A stretch of 64,000 bases of DNA from positions 1,152,001-1,216,000 of the forward strand of contig CBDCJH010000002.1 in the NCBI GenBank assembly GCA_965217775.1. The letters are read 5' to 3'. Positions 1-9,530 of the stretch are shown in pieces (the first letter of the stretch is position 1; each line of letters begins with the position of its first letter). Source of the DNA: Acidobacteriota bacterium (lineage in GTDB: Bacteria > Acidobacteriota > UBA6911 > RPQK01 > JAJDTT01). A model generated the notes under the pieces. The model worked only from the letters and a program-made list of their open reading frames with translations, did no database searches and was not told where the DNA came from. The translations under genes and the position numbers were made by a program.

Positions 1-112
1 AGGACCTCCGAGTGGAGATTCCAACAGAGCATGGGAAAGAGCATTGCGAGGATCTGCAGCCTACCGGTGAGAGACGTCAAGGTCCGGTTCATTCCTGTTT
101 CTTCCTTTCGCG

Positions 113-1618
113 TCAGTCCGAGGTGCGGGCCGGGAAGATCCGCGACAGCATCAGAGCCGATCCGAACGTGATCAGCGAGGAGACCGGGATCACCCACATC
201 CAGGCCAATCGGGGGAGGCCGAAGAGCCAGTGGCCCTGGGCCCAGACCAGACCCGCCGACATTCCCGCCAGCGCCGACACCATGACCGCCCGGCCGCTGG
301 CCGGAACCTTCAGGATGGCCAGAAACATCATGGCCCCCAGAGTGCCCACCAGGAAACTGCTGATGCGACCCGTCAGGTCGAAGAGGTTCCCCCGCTGATC
401 GTCGGGAATGGAATCCAGAAGGAAGCAGGTGAGTATGGCTACGACTCCCGCCGCCACGGTCACGGCGCGCGCCAGGATCATCTCGGCTCGGGGACCGGCA
501 ACCGTCCTGCGCAGGCGCCTGTAGTAGTCGGTGATGATCACGGACGAGATGGAGTTGATCCCCGAGTCCAGGCTCGACATGGCGGCGGAAAAGAGGGCGG
601 CCACCACCAGCCCGGCCAGGCCCCGGGGGAGGACGTGGCCGATGAAGTGGGGGAAGACGCTGTCCGTATCCGCGGGGAGATGGGTCCGGTAGTAGGAGTA
701 GAGAGCCATGCCGCACAGGCTCAGGAGGAGAGTGATGACGACGCTCGCCGTCAGGTTGCAGGCGAAGGAACGGCGGGCCGACACAGCCGAGTCGGTGCTG
801 AGATAGCGCTGGACGGCCACCTGGTCGCCGCCCGCGGTGCAGATCCACCAGAAGAGGGTCCAGGTGATCATTCCGAACCAGCTCAACCGGACCGTCGGAT
901 CGAGGCTGAAGAGGGGTTGAGGTTCCATCTCAGCCGCCGCCATTTCCTGGTACCAGGTGATCGGTCCGGTCCCGGCGTCGAAGGCGATGTAGCCGATGGT
1001 GAAGAGGGCGCCCCCCAGGAGGATGAAGAACTGGACCACGTCGGTCCAGATCACGGCCCGGATCCCGCCCAGGGTGGTATAGAGGGTGCCCACGGCCGCC
1101 ACCCCCAGAACCACCGTCGCGAAGGGCAGGCCGCTGATGGTGGCCAGGGCGCCGGCGGCGGTGAAGACGATGGTGCCCATCCACGCCAACCGGATCAGGA
1201 CAAAGATGGAAGCCCCGAAGAGGCGCGTCGGCAGGTCGTATTGCCGCTCCAGGCACTCGTAGGCCGAGGTGATCTTCAATTTCATCAGGAAGGGAACCAC
1301 CAGGTACCCCACCAGCACGAAGACCAGGGGATAGGAGAGGAGCTGCGAGTTCGCCCCCAGGCCGTGCTTGATGATCTCACCGGGGTGGGAGAGATAGGTG
1401 ATGGTGGAAACGATCGAAGCCAGCAGGCTTAGACCCACCGCGAACCAGGGCATGTTCCGCCCCGCCAGGAAGTATTCCTCGGTGTTGCGCTGGCGCCGGC
1501 TGAAATAGTAGCCGAGGAGGACCACGGCGGCCAGGTAAAAAAAGATCGCCGCGTAGTCGATCCCGTGAAGTCCCTCGAATCGGCTGGGTGGATCGCTCAG
1601 GGCCAGCAAGGTGCTCAT
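113..1618 (-). CDS. sodium:solute symporter (SSS family)
   Basis: 501 aa polytopic membrane protein with EYFLAGRNMPW, YTTLGGIRAVIWTDVVQ and AALFSAAMSSLDSGINS motifs typical of SSS transporters. Confidence 0.92.
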   Translation of the reverse strand: MSTLLALSDPPSRFEGLHGIDYAAIFFYLAAVVLLGYYFSRRQRNTEEYFLAGRNMPWFAVGLSLLASIVSTITYLSHPGEIIKHGLGANSQLLSYPLVFVLVGYLVVPFLMKLKITSAYECLERQYDLPTRLFGASIFVLIRLAWMGTIVFTAAGALATISGLPFATVVLGVAAVGTLYTTLGGIRAVIWTDVVQFFILLGGALFTIGYIAFDAGTGPITWYQEMAAAEMEPQPLFSLDPTVRLSWFGMITWTLFWWICTAGGDQVAVQRYLSTDSAVSARRSFACNLTASVVITLLLSLCGMALYSYYRTHLPADTDSVFPHFIGHVLPRGLAGLVVAALFSAAMSSLDSGINSISSVIITDYYRRLRRTVAGPRAEMILARAVTVAAGVVAILTCFLLDSIPDDQRGNLFDLTGRISSFLVGTLGAMMFLAILKVPASGRAVMVSALAGMSAGLVWAQGHWLFGLPRLAWMWVIPVSSLITFGSALMLSRIFPARTSD

Positions 1619-1655
1619 GGCCCGGTTCTCCGCTGAGAGCCGCGGTTGTCAGCCA

Positions 1656-2906
1656 TCAACCCGCCGTCCCGCCGTAGAGCCAGTCCCGGGTGACGATCTT
1701 GACCTTGGTGGCATGGGCGCCGTCCAGTCGTCCGGTTCCGTTTCCGTAGTCGTATCCGAAGACGACCTCGTCTCCAATGAAGGCGACCGTGGCGTAGGCG
1801 CAACGCAGAGGACCCGGCGCCCGGAAATAGCGCTTGCGGTCGCTCGGTTGCCGGTAGCCGGAACTCCGGGTCACCTTCGCCTCGTCCGGCGGAGGGACGT
1901 AGACCGTGTCGTCCAGCGACTCCAGGTTCCGGTGCAGCTTCCAGGTCCGGGCCTCGTCCCTGGAAACGGCGCACGACAGGCGGTGGCGCGAGAGGCCCAG
2001 TTCCACTTCCCGCGGCGAGGCCTGGTTCCAGACCAGCAGCAGGTCCCCGGTGGAGGGAATCCGCACCAGGGTGCAGGGCGCGTACGACGCGGCGACGCCC
2101 GTGGGTTGGGGAACGGACCACGAAACCCCCTGATCGGAGGAGAAGCTCTGGTAGAAGCGTCCCAGGGCCGTCCGTCCGTACATGAGGATGCGGCCGTCGC
2201 GGAGCTCCTCGACCACCGGTTCCTCGAAGTGGTGGGCGCCGCGCTGCATCTCCTCCAGGATCAGGACCGGTTCCGAGAGGCTGCGCTGCCAACTCCGACC
2301 ATCGTCGTCGGAGTAGACCGTCCAACTGTAGCAGAGGCCCTTTCCTCCCTGTTCAGACTCCCCGCCTGCGTACGGACTGACCCAGGCGAAGAGAGGCGCC
2401 AGAATGCGTCCCGAGCTCAGAACCCGCACGCTGCCGTTGCGGCAGACGGCGAATCGAGGTTCCAGGACGGTGGGCGTGGACCAACTCTTTCCACCGTCGT
2501 CGGACCGGCGAAAGAGGACGGTCCCGTCGCGGCCCGATCGAACGTAAGGCCCCCCGTAGACCAACCCCAGCGCACCCGAAGGCAGGCGAAACAGAGTGTG
2601 GTGGGCCGTGTTGCGTCCGGTGGGAATAGGGGCGCTGCCCTTTTCCTGCAGCGCCTCCGGCCCGGCCCACGATCTGCCGCCGTCGCTGGATGTCTGTCCC
2701 ACCAGGTGGCGGTCCTGACCGAAGAGGAGCCAGAGACGCCCGTCCTCCAGTTGGGCCAGGGTGGCTTCCTGGCTTCCGGCGCGAGAGGGTGCGATGGCGA
2801 TCCCTTCGAATCGGACCCCCGGACTCGGCTGAGAGTAAAGCTGCGCCCAAAGTCCTGCGGCGGTCCCGAGAGTCGACTTGAGGAACGTCCGGCGCGGTTC
2901 GTTCAT
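1656..2906 (-). CDS. sialidase-like (BNR/Asp-box) beta-propeller, Tat-exported
   Basis: RRTFLK twin-arginine signal; repeated Asp-boxes (SSDGGRSW, SDDGGKSW, SDDDGRSW, SSDQGVSW, SRDEARTW); start taken at MNEPRR. Confidence 0.82.
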   Translation of the reverse strand: MNEPRRTFLKSTLGTAAGLWAQLYSQPSPGVRFEGIAIAPSRAGSQEATLAQLEDGRLWLLFGQDRHLVGQTSSDGGRSWAGPEALQEKGSAPIPTGRNTAHHTLFRLPSGALGLVYGGPYVRSGRDGTVLFRRSDDGGKSWSTPTVLEPRFAVCRNGSVRVLSSGRILAPLFAWVSPYAGGESEQGGKGLCYSWTVYSDDDGRSWQRSLSEPVLILEEMQRGAHHFEEPVVEELRDGRILMYGRTALGRFYQSFSSDQGVSWSVPQPTGVAASYAPCTLVRIPSTGDLLLVWNQASPREVELGLSRHRLSCAVSRDEARTWKLHRNLESLDDTVYVPPPDEAKVTRSSGYRQPSDRKRYFRAPGPLRCAYATVAFIGDEVVFGYDYGNGTGRLDGAHATKVKIVTRDWLYGGTAG

Positions 2907-3328
2907 TTGTCCAGATCCTTCGGGCACATCACCAGTTCAAGTCGACCTGGGACTCTCACCACGGATGGTTTGATCTCCGTCTCCCCGAGACCCTGCGAGG
3001 CTCGCAAACGAATCCGTCCAGGTCAATATGGTCCTGCGTAGTCGGGGACATAACTATCAGCCGTGCCAAGCATAATCTGCTGACCTCGTTCAATCTGCCA
3101 ATCCCGGATGATTCCGGATCGCAAGGATGCAGGGAGGTCGACAAGGTCGCTTCTGACCACGGAACCTGCTCCCCGCAGATCGCTGAATCTTCGGTACCTT
3201 CACAAGTGGAGCGCCGGTTTGAACTGAGCTGTCCAGAGCAGTAGCTTGTTTACGACTTCCGGATGCTCTGACGGTCGTGCGTCCGAGCGCTCGAAAGCCC
3301 GATTCCGCGAGCTTCTGAGGAGAGGACG

Positions 3329-4468
3329 ATGAGAGAAATCCAACACCAGGAAACTTCTGAAGAAGCGTTTGTCGACAATCAGCGAGAAGAGGACGTAGAT
3401 GTCCTCGATGAAGCTGAAGAGGTTATTCCCTACACGAACAGTATCACGTCCTATGGCGCTGACTACCCGGTGGACTCCCTCGTAAAACGACTCGAGTCGG
3501 GCGACATCATTGTGCCGACATTTGACTGGGTTTCCGACGAAGACGCTGAAGTCGTAGGATTTCAACGCGAATATAAATGGCCGAAGCCGAAGGCAGACAA
3601 GTTCATAGAATCCCTCCTTCTGGGCCTGCCTGTTCCCGGTATTTTTCTGGTCAAGGAAGCGACGGGGCGCTTGCTGGTTCTGGATGGACACCAGCGGCTT
3701 CACACCCTCCACGCGTACTACAACGGCGTCATCAATGGAAAGGAATACCGTCTGCAAAATGTACAAAAGCGTTTCGTGGGATTGCGTTTCAGGGATCTGG
3801 ACACCGAGGACCGTCGTCGACTCGATGACAGCATCATTCACGCCACCGTCGTCAGGCAGGACGAGCCGACTCAGGACCAGAGCAGTATCTACATAATCTT
3901 CGAGCGTCTCAACACTGGAGGTGTCAACCTCCAGCCACAGGAGGTCCGTATGGCCCTCTACCACGGCGATCTGGTACGGGTGCTGAAGAGCCTCAACGAG
4001 GAAAAGTCATGGCGAAGACTGTACGGCAAGAAATCCAGACACCTGAAGGACATGGAGATGATCCTGCGATTCTTTGCTTTTTACTATCACGCCGATCGAT
4101 ATCACAGCCCGATGAAGGACTTCTTAAATCGTTGCATGGCCATGAATCGGAACCTTGAACGCCAGTCCGAGGCGGAACTGAGAGAAGTCTTCCGGAAAAC
4201 CATTTCAGTGCTGGACAGTGTCCTCGGGCACCGGGCGTTTCGACCCAAGAGGGCTGTGAACGCCGCCGTCGTGGACTCCTTGATGACGGGCGTTGCGCAA
4301 CGACTGCGACATGGTGAGATCAAGAACTCCAATCAATTTCAACACCAATACGAGTCGCTACTCTTAAATGAGGAGTACATCTCGGCGACCGAGAAAGGGA
4401 CTTCGCAAGAGGCTCGTGTCGAGGCGCGAATGAGGTTGGCGCGGGATGCCTTTGCGGATGTCACATGA
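3329..4468 (+). CDS. DUF262 (ParB/GmrS-like) domain protein
   Basis: FQREYKW, FIESLLLGLPVP, VLDGHQRL and IFERLNTGG motifs of DUF262; visibly lower GC than the flanking genes. Confidence 0.88.
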   Translation: MREIQHQETSEEAFVDNQREEDVDVLDEAEEVIPYTNSITSYGADYPVDSLVKRLESGDIIVPTFDWVSDEDAEVVGFQREYKWPKPKADKFIESLLLGLPVPGIFLVKEATGRLLVLDGHQRLHTLHAYYNGVINGKEYRLQNVQKRFVGLRFRDLDTEDRRRLDDSIIHATVVRQDEPTQDQSSIYIIFERLNTGGVNLQPQEVRMALYHGDLVRVLKSLNEEKSWRRLYGKKSRHLKDMEMILRFFAFYYHADRYHSPMKDFLNRCMAMNRNLERQSEAELREVFRKTISVLDSVLGHRAFRPKRAVNAAVVDSLMTGVAQRLRHGEIKNSNQFQHQYESLLLNEEYISATEKGTSQEARVEARMRLARDAFADVT

Positions 4469-4521
4469 CTCGTAGAGCGAAGGTTTCCAGCATGAAGCTG
4501 CGGCGCGTTGGTCGCATTGGC

Positions 4522-5829
4522 CTACCCTTCGTTGGCACGGAGGACGCGCAGAAAGTTCCCACTCAGGATCTTGACGATCTCCTCCTCCGAGTAACCCCGT
4601 TCCAATAGGCCGCCAACGAACTCCCGGTAGAGCCACGTATAGTCTTCCCGCCTGATGTCGGTGTCGGTTCCGATGCTCACGTGGTCGATTCCAACCAGCT
4701 TCACGATGTAGTCGATGTGGTCCAGTGTGCCTTCCACGCTGGCCCCTTGGGTGATGATTCCCGACCGGGGCCGGACTTTGTGGAGGGAAGACAGAGGCTC
4801 CAGATCCAAGGTCTGGAGTGCTTCCTGCGTCTCTGCCGGGTTGCGTATGGCCGCAGCCAGCCGGAAGGGGTCCGGATAGCGTTCCAACAGATAGTTGTTG
4901 ACCTTGGCCATCGTGATCCACGCTCCCGTCTTGCGGATCGGTTCCAGGTGTTTGGGGTCGTACATGGCGCCGACGGCGATCAATCCGCCCTTTTGGGCCA
5001 GTGCCTTGATCTGATCGTCGGTGAGGTTGCGAACCGCATCGACGACACCCCGGGCCCCCGAATGGGACGCGATGACCGGTTTCTTGGAGGCCTCGATGGC
5101 CTCTTCCATCGTCCGGTCCGAGGAATGGGACAAATCCACGAGGATCCCCAGGCGGTTGCACTCCCGCACTACCTCCAGACCGAAGTCGTTCAGTCCCAGA
5201 TCGTCGTCGTCCAGGATCCCGGAGCAGGCATCGGCCCAGGAGGCGGGGAACGCATGAGCGAGCTCCAGGCGCCTGAGGCCCAGCTTGTGGTAGACGCGAA
5301 GGGTGGCCAGGTCCTCGACCACGATGCCGCTGTCCACGCCCAGCATCAGGGAGAGCTTGCCTTCCGCACGGTGACGTTCCAAGTCATTCGCGGTGCGAGC
5401 CAGCTCCACCTGGGCATGAGCAGCGGCCGTCTCGTGGACAGCGTCTATTTCCCAAAGGAAACGCTTGACGGCGTCCGCGCCGGTAAAGACGCTGTGAGCT
5501 ATGACATACCCCGGCGGAGGGGAGGTGTACCAGTAGTTACTCAGGTCTCCCACCAAGAGCGCCTCGGTGACGGTCCCCACGCCCAAAACGGCCACGTCGA
5601 TCCCATCCGCCAGCAGGGCCGCCGGATCGAAGGGGGTCTCCGGCTCCTCGGGGAAGCGGAAGAATCGCGTCGTGACCGCGGGGTCGACGACCATGTGCCG
5701 TTTGAGGATTGCGCTGAGCGGATCCGCCTCCGGGGTTTCGGGAGCGGGACCGGCACAGGCCGCGCACAATAACAGGCCGGTTAGTGCGGCTCGAAAAGGG
5801 ATGGAAAACCGGCTTCCGTCTGTATGCAT
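4522..5829 (-). CDS. membrane dipeptidase (peptidase M19)-like lipoprotein
   Basis: Lipobox-like LCAAC; GLNDFGLEVVRECNRLGILVDLSH, IASHSG, RNLTDDQI, HIDYIVKLVGIDHVSIGTD and ILSGNFLRV motifs. Confidence 0.85.
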   Translation of the reverse strand: MHTDGSRFSIPFRAALTGLLLCAACAGPAPETPEADPLSAILKRHMVVDPAVTTRFFRFPEEPETPFDPAALLADGIDVAVLGVGTVTEALLVGDLSNYWYTSPPPGYVIAHSVFTGADAVKRFLWEIDAVHETAAAHAQVELARTANDLERHRAEGKLSLMLGVDSGIVVEDLATLRVYHKLGLRRLELAHAFPASWADACSGILDDDDLGLNDFGLEVVRECNRLGILVDLSHSSDRTMEEAIEASKKPVIASHSGARGVVDAVRNLTDDQIKALAQKGGLIAVGAMYDPKHLEPIRKTGAWITMAKVNNYLLERYPDPFRLAAAIRNPAETQEALQTLDLEPLSSLHKVRPRSGIITQGASVEGTLDHIDYIVKLVGIDHVSIGTDTDIRREDYTWLYREFVGGLLERGYSEEEIVKILSGNFLRVLRANEG

Positions 5830-5890
5830 GGGTAAGTCGTCTCCTTTGACTATTTATTGAGGGGGAGTGCGGCGCGGTCGTGGCATCGGC

Positions 5891-7198
5891 CTATCCCTCG
5901 TTGGCGCGGAGCACACGCAGGAAGTTTCCACCCAGGATCTTGGCGATCTCCTCCACCGAGTAACCTCGCTCCAGGAGGCCACCCGCGAACTGCCGGTAGA
6001 GCCAGGTGTAGTCTTCCCGCCTCATGTCGATGTCGGTCCCGATGCCGACATGGTCGATGCCAACCAGCTTCACGATGTGGTCGATGTGGTCCAGGGTGCC
6101 TTCCACGTTGGAGCCATGAGTGATGAGTCCCGAGTAGGGTTGGACCGTCAGGAGGGGACTCAGAGGAGGCAGGCCCAAGACCTCGAGAGCGTTCTGCTTC
6201 TCGGCCGGGTCGCGGATGGCCGCGGCCAAGCGGAAGGGATCCGGATATCGTTCCGCCAGGTAGTTGCCGATCCGGGCCTGAGCGGTCCAGGTGCCCACCG
6301 TCCGGATCGCTTCCAGGTGTTTGGGGTCGTAATAGGCGCCGACGGCGATCAATCCACCTTTTCGGGCCAGTGCCTGAATCAGATCGTCGGTCAGGTTTCG
6401 GACCGCATCGACCAGGGACCGGGCTCCCGAATGGGACGCGATGACCGGTTTCTCGGAGGCCTCGATGGCCTCTTGCATGGTCTGGTCCGAGGAATGGGAC
6501 AGATCCACCAGGATCCCCAGGCGATTGCACTCCCGCACCACCTCCAGACCGAAATCATTCAGTCCCAGGTCGTCGTCATCCAGGATTCCGGAGCAGGAAT
6601 CGGCCCAGGAGGCGGGGAACGCGTGAGCCATCTCCAAGCGGCGGAGTCCCAGCCTGCGGTAGACCCTAAGGGTGGCCAGGTCCTCGACCACGATTCCACT
6701 GTCCACGCCGAGCATGAGGGAGAGCTTGCCTTCCGCACGGAAGCGTTCCAGATCGTCCGCGGTGAGAGCCAGACCCACCTGGGGGTGGGCAGCGGCCGTC
6801 TCGTGGACGGCGTCCACTTCCCACAGGAAACGCTTGACGGCGTCGGCGCCAGTGAAGACACTTCGAGCCAGGACATGCCCCGGCTCGGGGGACGCGTAGA
6901 CGTAGGGTGTGAAGTCTCCCACGATGAGCGCCTCGGTGACCGTCCCGATGCCCAAGACGGCGACGTCGATCCCTTCCGCCAGCAGGGCCGCCGGATCGAA
7001 GGGGGTCTCCGGCTGCTTGGGGAAGCGGAAGAATCGCGTGGTGACCGCAGGGTCGACGACGATGTTCCGTTGGAGAATTTCGGTGACCGGGTCCGCCGCC
7101 GGGGCCTCGGGAGCGGGACCGGCGCAGGCTGCGCACAACAAAAGGCCGGCCAGCGCGGGCCCACGTGTGGTGGAAAACGGATTTGTACCTACAGGCAT
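5891..7198 (-). CDS. membrane dipeptidase (peptidase M19)-like lipoprotein, tandem paralog
   Basis: Same length (435 aa) and motifs as 4522-5829; colinear and highly similar. Confidence 0.85.
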   Translation of the reverse strand: MPVGTNPFSTTRGPALAGLLLCAACAGPAPEAPAADPVTEILQRNIVVDPAVTTRFFRFPKQPETPFDPAALLAEGIDVAVLGIGTVTEALIVGDFTPYVYASPEPGHVLARSVFTGADAVKRFLWEVDAVHETAAAHPQVGLALTADDLERFRAEGKLSLMLGVDSGIVVEDLATLRVYRRLGLRRLEMAHAFPASWADSCSGILDDDDLGLNDFGLEVVRECNRLGILVDLSHSSDQTMQEAIEASEKPVIASHSGARSLVDAVRNLTDDLIQALARKGGLIAVGAYYDPKHLEAIRTVGTWTAQARIGNYLAERYPDPFRLAAAIRDPAEKQNALEVLGLPPLSPLLTVQPYSGLITHGSNVEGTLDHIDHIVKLVGIDHVGIGTDIDMRREDYTWLYRQFAGGLLERGYSVEEIAKILGGNFLRVLRANEG

Positions 7199-7341
7199 GG
7201 ATGAGTCGCCTCCTTTCCTGGTCCGCCCGGAAGTGTAGCGGAAGATTTAAGGAAAGGCATGGCCCGTAACGGGGTCCGGTTGTGCTCGGAACCCGGCCAA
7301 TGCAGGCTCGGGTATTCTGTGGTGCGGGAGGATTAGGAAAG

Positions 7342-9075
7342 ATGCTTCACGTCGGATCGCTGGAGGAAGTTCGGTCCAGAAGTCCCCTGGTGGTGTCCAA
7401 GGGCCCGGTCCCCATCGTGATCTTCCACCACGATGGGGAGCTGCATGCCGTTGACAACCGCTGCCCGCACATGGGTTTTCCCCTGCATCGCGGCACCGTG
7501 GAGGACGGCATCCTCACCTGCTATTGGCACCATGCGCGCTTCGATCTGGTGAGCGGCTGCACCTTCAATCTGTTCGCCGACGATGTGGATTCCTACGGCG
7601 TAGAGGTCCGGGACGGGCAGGTCTTTCTGGACGTCACGCCGCCGCCGGTCGATCCGGTCCGGCGCTGGAGCCAGCGGCTCACGGAGGGGATGGAGCAGAA
7701 TCTCAGCCTGATCGTGGGCAAATCGGTGGTGGGACTGCACCACAGCGGTGTGTCCCACGACCAGGTCGCACGGCAGGGGGCTCTTTACGGAGTCCGTCAT
7801 CGCCGGGACTGGAGTTCGGGCCTCACCATCCTCAGCGCCATGGCCAACGTCTGCGACGGCCTCGCGGGAACCGAGCGGATCCCGCCCATGTACCACGGAC
7901 TGGTCCAAATCGCCCGGGACTGCTCCGGCCGGACTCCCAAGTTCGAAATTCAGCCCCTTAGAAATCAGGAGATCCCGGCGGGCCATCTCAAGCGCTGGTT
8001 CCGCTACTTCGTGGAGGTCAGGAGCACCGAGGGCGCCGAGCGCTGCCTCCTGACCGCCGTCCACAAAGGGATGTCGGACGCCCAGTTGACCGACTTGGTG
8101 GGTGCCGCGGCCACCGACCACGTCTACCTGGACGGCGGCCACGTCATCGACTTCGTGAACAAGGCCTTCGAGCTGCTGGACCGCATCGGCTGGGAACATG
8201 CCGGCCGGTTGCTGCCCGCCCTGATCCAGCCCCTGTGCCTGGCGGTTCGAAGCGAGGAGAGAAATCCGTGGCGGCACCCCATCGATCTGGTGCCCCTGCT
8301 GCGCCAGGCGGTGGCCCAAATCCCCGAAGCGCTGGAAGCGGGGCAGGGGAAGACCTGGACCAAGCCGAATAACTTCACTGAAGCTTTGTTCAGCGACGAT
8401 CCCCACACCCCCATCGAGGCGCTATTGGCGGCGTTGCGCGAGGGCGCCCAACCGGTGCAGTTGGCCCAAGCCGTGGCCTACTCCGCGGCGCTACGCATCG
8501 TCCGATTTCATGTCCAGAACGAGTTGGCCGACTGGGTCGCGGTCCTGCACACTTTCACCTACTCCAACGCCCTGCATCAGCTGCTCAAACGCAACCCGTC
8601 GCCCGATCTGACACGGGGCGTGTTTCACGGTGCCATGCGAGTCTATCTGGACCGTTTCTTCAATATCCCGCCGGCACGGCTGCCATCAAGCCGGGCCTCG
8701 TCCCCGGCGGAGCTGAACGGAGATTCGATTCGGGCTCGTCTCCTGACGCTCATGAACCACCAGCAGGAGACGGACCGGGCCGGACAGATAGTCTGGAGTT
8801 ACCTGGAGCGGGGCGGGTCCGAGGGTCCGCTCATCTCGGCCCTGACCGAGAGCCTGATGCGGGAGGACGCCAACTTCCACACGTTTCAGATGCTGGAGGC
8901 GGCCATTCGGCAATACACCGAGTCCGAGGACCCGGACGAGAAGCATCTGGTGATGGTCGGGGCGGCCCGCTACCTGGCGGCCCATGCTCCGACTCAGCGG
9001 GCCATGAACCAGACCCTCCGCGTCGCCATCCGCCTTCATCGAGGAGACCCGGTCTACGAACCGGAGACGGACTAG
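7342..9075 (+). CDS. Rieske [2Fe-2S] domain protein with long helical C-terminal region
   Basis: N-terminal CPH...CYWH Rieske ligands; AGGAAAG RBS before the ATG at 7342. Confidence 0.82.
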   Translation: MLHVGSLEEVRSRSPLVVSKGPVPIVIFHHDGELHAVDNRCPHMGFPLHRGTVEDGILTCYWHHARFDLVSGCTFNLFADDVDSYGVEVRDGQVFLDVTPPPVDPVRRWSQRLTEGMEQNLSLIVGKSVVGLHHSGVSHDQVARQGALYGVRHRRDWSSGLTILSAMANVCDGLAGTERIPPMYHGLVQIARDCSGRTPKFEIQPLRNQEIPAGHLKRWFRYFVEVRSTEGAERCLLTAVHKGMSDAQLTDLVGAAATDHVYLDGGHVIDFVNKAFELLDRIGWEHAGRLLPALIQPLCLAVRSEERNPWRHPIDLVPLLRQAVAQIPEALEAGQGKTWTKPNNFTEALFSDDPHTPIEALLAALREGAQPVQLAQAVAYSAALRIVRFHVQNELADWVAVLHTFTYSNALHQLLKRNPSPDLTRGVFHGAMRVYLDRFFNIPPARLPSSRASSPAELNGDSIRARLLTLMNHQQETDRAGQIVWSYLERGGSEGPLISALTESLMREDANFHTFQMLEAAIRQYTESEDPDEKHLVMVGAARYLAAHAPTQRAMNQTLRVAIRLHRGDPVYEPETD

Positions 9076-9098
9076 GAGCGACGACTTTCTTGTCGCCG
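9075..9098 (+). repeat. REP-like palindrome (GGAG type)
   Basis: GGAGCGACGACTTTCTTGTCGCCG; same family as the copies at 10659-10880. Confidence 0.75.
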
Positions 9099-9334
9099 GA
9101 TGGGAGTATCCATGTTGCAAGTGGTGGGTGCTAATCGGTGTTTCCATCCCGTGTCGTTAGTGCGTGATCTGTCCGGTCCAAGAGGCACAGGGTTAGGAGG
9201 AGCGTTCTTCCGCCGGAGGTGAGGCGGAGATCGAACTGGATCCGCCGGGCGCCGTGCAGGGGGCGATGAGTGGACCGATCAACTGGATCGAGGGGCCTGA
9301 GATCGTCGACGTCAGTCCTCCGGGAGGTCCGGAT

Positions 9335-9417
9335 ACGCCCTGGGGAGCGTCGGGTCAAGCCTCCGGCTCCTCCGCTTCGCTGCGCCCCTTCGGGTGACCC
9401 GACGCTCCCCAGGGCGT
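9335..9417. repeat. perfect 23-bp inverted repeat (hairpin)
   Basis: ACGCCCTGGGGAGCGTCGGGTCA (9335-9357) / TGACCCGACGCTCCCCAGGGCGT (9395-9417). Confidence 0.9.
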
Positions 9418-9530
9418 GAAGAGCTTTCATGGCCGTAAGCAAGCTTCCGGCCAGGCCTGACCGGAAGTTCTACAGACGTTCCTTGGGGGACCCGACACGT
9501 CCCCTCTCCTCCTCGGGTCGCTCCGTGGGC

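Noticed and set aside
2950-3300. Possible gene remnant between the sialidase and DUF262 genes
   Set aside because: Short open stretches but no family could be recognised
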